From assembly GCA_964016885.1 (NCBI GenBank), contig OZ024745.1:69936001-70000000 (forward strand): a DNA stretch of 64,000 bases. The letters run 5' to 3'. The notes under the pieces were generated by a model. That model saw only the letters and a program-made list of their open reading frames with translations, was not told where the DNA came from and did no database searches. Both the position numbers and the translations under genes were made by a program. The stretch's first letter is position 1. Each line of letters opens with the position of its first letter. Of the stretch, positions 41,116 to 55,230 are shown one piece after another. Source of the DNA: Eledone cirrhosa (lineage: Eukaryota).

Positions 41116-42378
41116 TAGCTAAACAACCCGGTTCAAGTAGCTTTCGATGTAGCTCATTAAACTAAACAAAGTTAATTTGAATACATAGAAGAAAAACGTA
41201 CTTTATGTAAACATGAAAACATTAGGCACTATTCCAGCGAAATAATTAATATGTGAGCTCGGTGTCATCCCTTATAGCATGTAACAACAGAAATCCAGTC
41301 TAGCTATACATTTTTTTGACGACAGTAAAAGCGCATCATGAAATAGAGCAGTGAATAATAGACACTATTATGTAAAAGTTTTGACATCACTTAATGTATG
41401 AACTTGAAACGATAAATTATACAATGTCAAATCTATAACTTAACTTAATGATCTGTTAGAAATTGCTGGTTGTGAAATATACAAAATGATATTGTTAGTC
41501 TCAAGGAAGCGTACCTTTTGTTTCAAGTACAAAAAGTAAATTAAAATCCGAATGAACCGAATTACCAAAGATAACTCTTGTCTTACTTAATCACGAAAAT
41601 TGACACAAATAACCGAAACTTTTTTAATGCCTCCAAAGGCCCCAATATCGATTTTTGAAAGCCTTTGTAGATCATGTACAGGTTTTGTGCAAGGAGAAGC
41701 TCTGTAAAAAGTTTCAAAGAAATCGCATGAATGGTTTAGAATATATGAGCCCTCATTAAAAATTGTCCACACACACATACACACACATACAGAAAGCTTC
41801 GTCTTTATATATATATACAGATATATATATATATACACAATAGTATATTTTCTATATACAACTAAACCTCTGTGATTGTGTGCTTGTCTGTAATTTAATA
41901 CACCCAAAACAGCGCATAATGGGAAAATACTTAGAAAGGAATTTTACCCTGAAATGTGAATACAAATGGAATAAAACAAATCAGAGCACAGGTCCCGAGA
42001 TACGGGGATTCTCCGCGTACCTTCATGTATATAGCGAGAGAGAAAGATAGAAAGAAAGGGATAGTCGTTGTGAGAGAGTAGATTGAACGAGAGAGATAGA
42101 AAGAGAATATGTATACACACATACACATGCACACATTTACATGGGCCTTCCAATTTCATTTTACATTTTATACATGTCTATGTATATCTTGATTATTAAA
42201 AAATTATTTTTAAGTGAACATGATTTTCAAAAAACATTTTAAAGTCAACGTGACAAAACGAGTCTGGTAAATAAGAAATGCATAGCATCCCACCACACGC
42301 ACCCACCCTAAGTTTCCAGCCCCCTCCTGGACTTTCTCAACGCTCCCGAGAGTGGTAGCACCCACTTGAGAACATCTG
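40715..42378. mobile_element. Non-autonomous hAT (Charlie-like) element with nested insertions
   Basis: Ends cagttctcaa / ttgagaacatctg; 8-bp TSD atttagac (40707-40714) / attaagac (42379-42386). Confidence 0.72.
41115..41821 (-). mobile_element. Non-autonomous Helitron-like element
   Basis: Minus strand begins A|TCtgtatatatatataaag and ends ccgggttgtttagCTAG|T (AT insertion site); subterminal hairpin incomplete. Confidence 0.7.
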
Positions 42379-42514
42379 ATTAAGACTATATTCTATTCCA
42401 GCTAGAAAGTTCTGAGCGAATCTCATATTTGATATTACAACAACGTTTTACTAATGAAATAAATTTGTTGCTTCTTATCCACGCTGCACCAAGTACATAT
42501 TGTGTGTGTGCGTA

Positions 42515-42551
<37 letters not shown>

Positions 42552-43423
42552 CTGACTAATATCGTCTTAAACTTTAAACAATGTACTCTTTGTATAAACT
42601 TAGACAAATGCGTATATCTAGTTTAATAATATCACTTTTAAGTACACTTATATGGCCTTTGGATACTTAAGGGCATTCTAATTTTAAATTTTAAATTTAT
42701 AATTGTAATTATTTTCTAAATTATATAATGATTATTTTTTAATATAAAATTTCTTTAATATAAAAAAAAAAATTTTTGATATAATTTAATTTGGATTAAC
42801 TTCGGGATGAAGAAAATCTTAAGTCTTTTCTTTCTCATGTTTGCAAATACTTTAAATATGATATTAGACTATAATATAAATACTTATAAATGTTATAGTC
42901 AGAAATCTTATGTCTTTAAATTAATTCACTATTTCTAACTAACATAAAGATTCGAAATTTAACGGTCATCCAGATGCGCTGAGATATATATAATTGATTA
43001 ATTGACTATTCCTTATTAACTTAAGGATTCGAAAATAAACCGTCATATAACTACACCCATATATTTGATATTTTGTTTGATTCATTATTTCTAGATAATT
43101 TAACGATTCAAAATCATTCATTCGCAAAGCTATCCCCAAATATATATTTATATATATTTTTACATCATCTAATTATACGCTATTTATCCACGACGATACA
43201 AATCTCCCTCCCTATGTGTTATACTATAAAAATGTATTTTCTCCTCCTTTCTCTATCCTTAATCAATTTTCTTTTGGTTTCGTGCATAAGATAATTCTAT
43301 ACTTCTAGTCATTCTCTTTTTTCCTCTTCTGTTTCTCTCTCTGTCTTTCACTTCTTCTTTCTTCAATAATTTAAATTATTTCAATTTCTAACAGATATGT
43401 AGGTTTATATTATATTAGTAGTT

Positions 43424-43604
43424 GTTTGGCAGTATCGGTAGAGAGTCGGACGCCATGCTTTGAATCATAGAGTTACGTTTATGATCTGAGTTCAAATCCC
43501 GCCGAGGTTAACTTTGCCTTTCATCCTTACGGGGTCAATAAAATAAAGTACCAGTAATGTACTGGTTAATTGCTGGCCTTGTGCCTAAAATAGAAACAAT
43601 TATT
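43424..43604 (+). mobile_element. Meta-domain SINE
   Basis: Matches consensus. Confidence 0.9.
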
Positions 43605-43769
43605 ATGTATCTTTATAAGCTTTCTCACACGCACGCTCTGTATTATATGTAATTTTGTCATGTCTCAATCTTAAGGTATATAAATATTATTGAGTTTTGT
43701 CCTATATTATTCACTGCCATGACTGAATTTTAACTAGCTACTTAGTCAAGGTATGTCATGCATCATCTT

Positions 43770-43834
43770 ATTTTATCTGATGAGGACGTACTGTTGAAAA
43801 TAGCTCAGTACCTCTGAAATCTGTATAATAAAAT
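43770..43834 (+). ncRNA. Type I hammerhead ribozyme in solo pLTR-like segment
   Basis: attttat CTGATGA ggacgtactg ttgaaaatagct cagtacctct GAAA t ctgt a TA ataaaat; 7-bp stem I, gtactg/cagtac in stem II. Confidence 0.8.
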
Positions 43835-44015
43835 GTACCTGATCACAAGATTGTTATATTTGTTAATATTTATAATTAATATTAATAACTCCGAAAACCA
43901 TTACCGTGGAGTGCTTCTAATCTATTGTAAAACTTTATTCATTGAATTATTCATTGAAACTTGTTTAACCTTTAAATATATATATGTATATATGTATATA
44001 TATATATATATATCT

Positions 44016-44095
<80 letters not shown>

Positions 44096-44102
44096 ATATA
44101 TA

Positions 44103-45655
44103 TTTGTGAAAAAGAACAAAGGAACAATTATGACATTATAACAAGTTTATTGCCGACAGCCGTTTCGTCCGACCACATGGTGGGACTTTTCAAGGCATAC
44201 AACATGTGACTGTAAGAGCATTATCTACATCAACGTATCACTCAAGGCTAGCAGTCTGAAATTGTGGTATACATCAGCAGCTCGGCTTGTATAGTTGGGG
44301 TCTATATTCTAAGGGGGCTCTTTTATATTAGTTGCCGGGGTCAGGGATTGAAGGTTAAAAATTAGATAATATATAATTTACGCATTAACAGTAAACTAAA
44401 AGACTTGGGGCCCCGTAGAAGCACCTTAAAAAATCCCTCAATAAGTGCATAAAACTTACAGGCTCCAATAAACCTACTAAACTAGAAGAAATTAAGAGGC
44501 TAATAAAATAAAAAATAAAAATATAAAGTTTCCCTAAAAAAATATATAAAGTTTCCTATGAAATTCCTTCTAGAGAAAAAAGTTTTTTCCGAAAGAAAAA
44601 AACTTTCTTCCCCCGAATCACGTTTACAAATTTCAGAAAACATACGAAGTTTTGATATTCCCTACTAAGTTGAAAGAAACTAATCAATTAAAGGTTAATT
44701 CAAATGGCCTTCTATAGTTCTCTCAGAAAAGGCCCCTTTAATATTTTTAATAAGAACCTCCTCCGAGAGACCCTTCGAAGAACTAAAATTTTAGAGAGCC
44801 TTTAAGGATATATATAAAAACGAATTGAGGAAAACTATACATTAAAAGTTAAAAATTACGGTATTTGGGATATCCGAGGAATTTTCAAAGGGCTGCTTCA
44901 GCAGATACAACTTAGGCATAATAGATATAATAATTAAAGTAATTTAAGTAATTTAATTAATTTAATTAGGGAGCAATTCAAACAGTTTATCAAGTTGGGC
45001 AAGATTAAAGAGAGTGGTAAATAAGAAAATACATAGGCAAAAAGACAATAATTATAAAATGTATTTTTAAGAAGGTACAAGGTAGCTTCAGTAATCTAAC
45101 AATGTATTATCACAAACAATTATTATAAATTATTGATACAGGATTAACAAAAACATACTAATATATATTCCTGCCTAATTAAGAAGTAATCAAAACACTA
45201 TTAACAGTTAGGCAGAATTAGCTCAGGGATATCCCGCGCTCGGATACTTTACACACGTACAGCAACACACAGGATTAGCACATACACGATGGTATATTCC
45301 TGCCTAATTAACAAACAATCGATTAACAATTGATGGTCAAGAAAATGTACTCAGGGATATCCCGCCCACGGATATTTACATACATACAACAGGATGAACA
45401 GTACTGGTGACCGTGTGGGCGCGGTATCCATTATGCGTATGTAGTCATCTGCATAGCTCCAGGTACAGCTGGTGTTGTTTAAAAGTTCATAGTTCACGGA
45501 TCAACTGGGATTCACTATCAGCTGCGTGGACTCTCTGGGAGATGTACCTGTGGTTCCAGTAGCTAGTGGTTGCTGGGTGTGGTCCTTTCGATCTTTTAAG
45601 TTTCAGGGGTTGCACGCCTTCGGCCGGTTCTAAGTCCAAGGTCTCGCTACATAGG
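44103..45655 (-). mobile_element. Unclassified ~1.55-kb hammerhead-terminated insertion between (TA)n arrays
   Basis: Bounded by TA arrays; hammerhead near its 3' end; internal duplication 45164-45280 / 45293-45400; no recognisable RT. Confidence 0.55.
44151..44197 (-). ncRNA. Type I hammerhead, U3:A8 core variant
   Basis: Minus strand: tgcc TTGAAAA gtcc caccatgtggtc ggac GAAA c ggct g TC ggca; GUC triplet. Confidence 0.78.
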
Positions 45656-45656
45656 A

Positions 45657-45763
<107 letters not shown>

Positions 45764-45785
45764 ATATGTATATATATATATATGT

Positions 45786-45853
45786 ATATTGTTATACTTT
45801 GGGAGGGTCATGTTGCCAATAAAGAATCTTGCTAAACAAATTCAGAAACGAAA
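45786..45853. mobile_element. 68-bp rearranged micro-insertion of the 39511-40490 Penelope pLTR
   Basis: attgttatactttgggagggtcatgttgccaat (same as 39569-39601) fused to aaagaatcttgctaaacaaattcagaaacgaa (reverse complement of 39511-39542). Confidence 0.85.
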
Positions 45854-45861
45854 TATATATG

Positions 45862-45942
<81 letters not shown>

Positions 45943-45949
45943 GTATATG

Positions 45950-46004
<55 letters not shown>

Positions 46005-46009
46005 GTATG

Positions 46010-46045
<36 letters not shown>

Positions 46046-46047
46046 TT

Positions 46048-46097
<50 letters not shown>

Positions 46098-46133
46098 TGA
46101 TATTCTACAGGACTAGAACTGTTTCGGAATAAC

Positions 46134-46243
<110 letters not shown>

Positions 46244-46256
46244 GTATATATATATA

Positions 46257-49606
<3,350 letters not shown>

Positions 49607-50376
49607 GATATTAAATAAATGGAAACTATATTTATAAAACCATATTTATTTCATTATATATATTTCAGGGATATCATATTAACAATATGTTATGCCTTCT
49701 TCAGACAAAATACAATATAGACAGTTTTATAGATTAATAGATTTGACATACCGTTCAACATCGACTTGTATTTGAAAAAGTTGATTTGGCAGTGAAAAAT
49801 TGTAAACAGAAAGAAAGAAAGAAAGAAGGAAAGAAAGAAAGAAAACGAAGAAAAAGAATAAATGCATGCAACAAAATAGAGAGATGGAAAGATAGATAAA
49901 GAGAAGAACTTCATGTAAAGAAACAGAGAGAGATATATAGAGAGAGGAAATAGATAGAGATAGATATATATAGAGAAAAGTAGGTAGTTGAACATCCGTT
50001 GAATGACGTATCAATGATACATTTATTTATTTATTTATTTATTTATTTAGCTCTAGTATTAATGTAAGGGAGATATATGTGGTTAGGAAAGAAACCAGCC
50101 GTTATATAGAGAGAAAAAAATGAAAAGTAACCAGACATAGGCGAGGCAGAATTTAAAAACCCTATGTTTCTATGTAGAAATATTAGTTCGTATAAAAACC
50201 AGGCACTATAATGTAAATATCAGTATTCATGAATGAGACACGTATCTAAATGTGTGAAAAGTAATGATCTTATGTCTAGTTTTAAAAATTCATATGTTTA
50301 TATGATAACTACAAACATCGATGTGAATTTACGTGATCAACTCTGCAAAGTTCGGTTGCATTTTCGATTTCATCTC

Positions 50377-50414
<38 letters not shown>

Positions 50415-50449
50415 TGTATAGGTATATAAAATGTATTGTGCATGTAATG

Positions 50450-50510
<61 letters not shown>

Positions 50511-50588
50511 TGTATAGGTATATAAAATGTATTGTGCATGTAATGTATTATATACATACTTATACACATTATTGTTTTGGGTTTTTAA

Positions 50589-50777
50589 GGGCGGTGAATT
50601 GGCAGTACCGGTAAAGGGTTGGACGCCATGCTTTCTACCATAGTTACGTCCCTTTACCGTCTGAGTTGAAATCCCGTCGAGGTTAACCTTGCCTTTCATC
50701 CTTATGGGGTCGATAAAATAAAGTACCAGTAATGTACTGGGTAATTCCTGGCCTTGTGCCAAAAGTAGAAACAATTA
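50589..50777 (+). mobile_element. Meta-domain SINE
   Basis: Full consensus starting gggcggtgaattggcag. Confidence 0.9.
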
Positions 50778-51204
50778 TCGATTTGAGTTTTTTTATGAAA
50801 GAACGTTTGATGTGCGATAAATTGTTTAAATGACAACTGCTGACGAAATGATATTTTCCAGAGAATTGAGAGGAGGGAATTAACGGAACAATAAATACAT
50901 GTCTAAAGTAAATAACTTATTTATGACAACACTAGTACGCCTGAAAGTGGGAAAGATGGGGAGATTAATGCGAAAAATTAATAGCCATAGAGAAAATTCA
51001 AATGATAAATGAAAGGAAACGATTAATGGGAAGATAAATCACACACTGTTTGAAGTGAGGCAGAAAGCGATGAACAAAAGATGGTTACATAAAAAATAGT
51101 GAGAGGAAGGAGAATGAGACATACTGGGAAGGAGACGTGTATATGTTTATTTATTAAAATACCAGATTAAAGTTTAAGCAAAAAATTTATTATTATATCC
51201 TGCC

Positions 51205-51304
51205 TAGGTTAACTTTGCCTGTCATCCTTACGAGGTCGATAAAATAAAGTACCAGTAATATACTGGGTATTTGCTGGCCTTGTGCCAAAAGTAGAAACAA
51301 TTAT
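51205..51304 (+). mobile_element. Meta-domain SINE, 5'-truncated
   Basis: Core and tail only. Confidence 0.85.
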
Positions 51305-51508
<204 letters not shown>

Positions 51509-51664
51509 GAATATGACCGCAGCTAGTAAACAAGGACCCACACCCCGCCCTCCCGCACCAAAATTAGACTTATCGTCCCCTACTGTTGCTCTTTACTCTC
51601 TTTACTCTTTGTTCTTGAATGTTTGGTTGGTAGAGTCCATAACACCAATCAAACCCCTTTTATA

Positions 51665-51709
51665 GCTCTGACGAATCCTACGGTTACGTAAGGAAGAAAC
51701 GTTGTAAGC
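51665..51709 (+). ncRNA. Type I minimal hammerhead in solo pLTR-like segment (51510-51755)
   Basis: gct CTGACGA atcctacg gtta cgtaagga a GAAA c gtt g TA agc; GUA triplet; segment bounded by TA arrays. Confidence 0.75.
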
Positions 51710-52074
51710 CAATAAAAATCGTTTGATGTTGTAGATGCTCTTGTGTTCTTTATCATATATATATATATATATGCAAGTGATTATAATGGAGTTATCTCCT
51801 ATAACTTTTGGTAAAGTGATAACCCTAAATGAACGGTTAGTTTTCAGCACATTGGGAATTTAAGACAATTGAAATATCCTCCTGAAGGTTAATGTTCTTG
51901 CTGTTGTGGACAGTGAGGATAGCTGAGCATAAAGATTTAGAATAAAGGAAACCAAGGATATCAAATTAAATCCATGTTTTAATATCTACGATCGTTTCTA
52001 TACAAGTGATAATCGTACATACATATGTAATCAACAAGTCAATTAGAAACAAGTAATTAACAAATAAATGACAC

Positions 52075-52275
52075 CTCTTTTAGGCAGCATCTGATAGCGA
52101 CAATGGAGGAGACCTGTAAACACGGAGGAAAATGGTACAGATTCAAACTGGTCGGAATGTGAACGAAAGAGAGGAAAGTGTCGGATGTATCCCATTGCCA
52201 CTCCCGCATGTGTTTTGCAATATGTGCGAGCGTTTTTGTGCCAGGCATCTTCTTTACGTAGTTATAAGATACCAA
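52075..52275 (+). pseudogene. Possible piggyBac transposase C-terminal Cys-rich remnant
   Basis: ERKRGKCRMYP in one frame and CNMCERFCARH in another, resembling the piggyBac Cys-rich domain. Confidence 0.4.
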
Positions 52276-52303
52276 GCAGTCTTGATAGCGTTAAATTATT
52301 GTT

Positions 52304-52486
52304 TATTGGCAGTATCAGTACAGGGTCAGACGCCATGCTTTCTAGCATAGTTATGTCCCTTTATGATCTGAGTTCAAATCCCGCCGAGGTTAACTTTGCC
52401 TTTCATCCTTACGGGGTCGATAAAATAAAGTACCAGTAATGTACTGATAATTGCTGGCCTTGTGCCAAAAGGTAGAAACAATTATT
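52304..52486 (+). mobile_element. Meta-domain SINE
   Basis: Matches consensus. Confidence 0.9.
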
Positions 52487-52565
52487 GTTCAACTATAGTT
52501 GAAAAATAAGTTTTCTCTAAGACGAAATCATACTGGATTACGCCTGACTGCCTATATATATATAT

Positions 52566-52598
<33 letters not shown>

Positions 52599-52627
52599 CA
52601 CACATATGTATATATAAAATAATAATA

Positions 52628-52728
52628 ATAATTGTTTCACTTTTGGCACAAGGCCAGCAATTACCTCAGTGCATTACTGGCACTTTATTTTTTATCGACC
52701 CCGTTAGGATGAAAGGCAAAGTTAATCT
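52628..52728 (-). mobile_element. Meta-domain SINE, 5'-truncated
   Basis: Reverse complement of core and tail. Confidence 0.85.
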
Positions 52729-52955
52729 TACAAGGACGAATGGTTACTCCTTCATTACGTTTATTGGCTGGCGACGCGCGTTTCGATACTGATCAGCTCA
52801 AGGTTCGATCTGTATCGATATAGCCCGACTCTGGAATCAAAAGTGCCTCGGACCTCTGTTGTAGTGATGACAGATTCTGTGTGTGCGTTTCTATACATCT
52901 CAACGTACAGAACGTAACCAAATTTATTATTTGTATGTAAATACAAATAATAAAT

Positions 52956-53130
52956 AGGCGGAGGATTGGCTGTATTGGTAGAGTGTCGGATGCCATGCTT
53001 TGGCGCATAGAGTTACGGCCCTTGCCATTCTGAGTTCAAATCCCGCCGAGGTTAACTTTGCCTTTCATCCTTACGGGGTCGATAAAATAAAGTACCAGTA
53101 ATTGCTGGCCTCGTGCCTAACATAGAAACA
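52956..53130 (+). mobile_element. Meta-domain SINE with probable TSD
   Basis: Full consensus; attatttgtatgtaaata at ~52926 and 53131. Confidence 0.9.
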
Positions 53131-54582
53131 ATTATTTGTATGTAAATAAATTATTTACCCACTTGACACCAAAGCGTTTTTTCCACGCCTGGTTCTATAA
53201 TAGAAAGGTATTTATTTTAAAGTGATCGTATTTTACTAAACATCTTCCATCGTGATGTCATGAAGATTATTTGTTACGTTATGCACCAAACTTCAACTTT
53301 ATAGGGGAAAAGTTAATTATATTACTAAATTCGTGATTACTTTCAAAATTATTGGTTGTTTTTACCATAATCTCACTCTGAATATCGTATTAGCTTACTT
53401 ACCAATTCCGCATGATGGGGTTATTTAAACATGAAGTACTTTATTGCCCCTGTGTATCTCTTTGATACCTTTTCGAACTTACTATTTATTTTCGGAGACT
53501 TTCTAATTTCGGCACATTTTGCAGCAAGGTTCTGTACTGTGAAATTTAGATTATAATTAATTCCAATAGACACGATATTTGCCTAATTATTCTGAACTAT
53601 ATGTAGTAAAAAGTTATATGCTAAGGTATCAAAGACATCTCTAGCAAATCAATAAACAAAACCATTTTTAATGCAAGGCTACGAATGTTTTCTTACATAT
53701 AGACAATTATAAAGTTGGTGTCTGCTTCTTAAACGTTGCAAATTATATAAAATGACATTGTCACATTTCTAATTAAACAGACAATTAGCAGATGCCCTAT
53801 CACACGAAAACTGTTGCAATTATTGAAATGTATGTTTTGACAGATTCATTCTCTAGTCTTGAAGAGTAACCGCTTATTCTTTACTTTAAACACACAATTT
53901 TACAATGTACATTTTAATGCGGTACTAAATTATGTTCTCAGCTGTCTAAATTGTCATATGGAATATTTCAGCAAATTAGGAAAGCACTCAGATCTAAACA
54001 CGTACGTGATGTTATACACATGTATACACGTATTTATATATACATAGCTACCTACCGACGGACCTACTTACCTACCAACATACGACCATATATCCAAAAC
54101 TATACACATACATTCATACATAAAAAATGTATCGATGTATGTATATGTCCCCTCTTCTAATTATTTTATATAATATAAAGGTGATCATTTTCCAAATGTC
54201 TACTCAAACGTAAATCTTATATAGGGGAAGGACATTAATCCACAATGGATAAAAATATATATTCCAGTAAATATAAGAGTATGCAAGAAAATAAATATTC
54301 ATTCAGTAATTACTTTTCACGCCAATACATTTTCTCATTCAACATCTAGAAAGGAGCATGACTTTCTCAAATTTCTCACTGTAAAACAGGACGGGTATAT
54401 TGGGTTGTGTATTTCTAAAGACAATGTCTGAAAGAAAAAGAATCAAAGATCATGACAGAGATATATTTGATTGTGCGTCATATTGATTGGAGGTACGGCC
54501 TCGTTAAAGATTTGCTGCTACAGCTATTTCTACAACTACTAGTAGTACTAATACAACTACTTCCACTACTAATAATAATATG

Positions 54583-55201
54583 GGTTTCTTATTTAGGAAC
54601 AAGACCAACAATTTTTTGGGGAAGGAATAGTTGATGAAATAGACCGCAGTGCGTTATTAGTACATTATTTTATCGATCTCGTAGCGTTAAATGGCGAAAC
54701 TAACCATTGCGAGATTTGAACTCAAATTATAAAGGGGTGTGACTACCGATACGGCAAGTCCACCGCCCTTTAAGCACATAACAATAATGGTTTCTGATTT
54801 AGGCACAATATCAACAATTTTGGGGGACGAGAAAGCAGATTAAATCGACCCCAGTGCATTACCGGTAATTTATTTTATCAAACCCATAAAGAGGTAAATG
54901 CAAGTCAGAGCATAAAGGGACGTAACTATATCCCGCAAACCATGTTATCCTACGCACTGCCGACACTGCCAATCCTCCGCACGTTAGACTATTAATAATA
55001 ATATAATAATTATTATTTCTATTGTTGGCACAAGGCCAGCAATGACCCAGTGCATTACTGGTACTTTATTTTATCGACCCTGTAAGGATGAAAGGTAAAG
55101 TTAACACCGGCGGGATTTGAACTCAGAATGACAAGGACCGTAACTCTATGCGTCAAAGCATGGGCGTCCGATCCTCTACCGATACTGCCAATCCACCGCC
55201 C
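54583..55201 (-). mobile_element. Three head-to-tail Meta-domain SINEs (54583-54770, 54788-54980, 55010-55201)
   Basis: Two older long-form copies and one young short-form copy separated by AAT-rich spacers. Confidence 0.85.
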
Positions 55202-55230
55202 TTAATAATCATAATAATAATAATAATAAT

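Noticed and set aside
50411-50549. 42-bp duplication separated by (TA)n; also a 24-bp duplication at ~18586-18634
   Set aside because: Ordinary slippage-type local duplications
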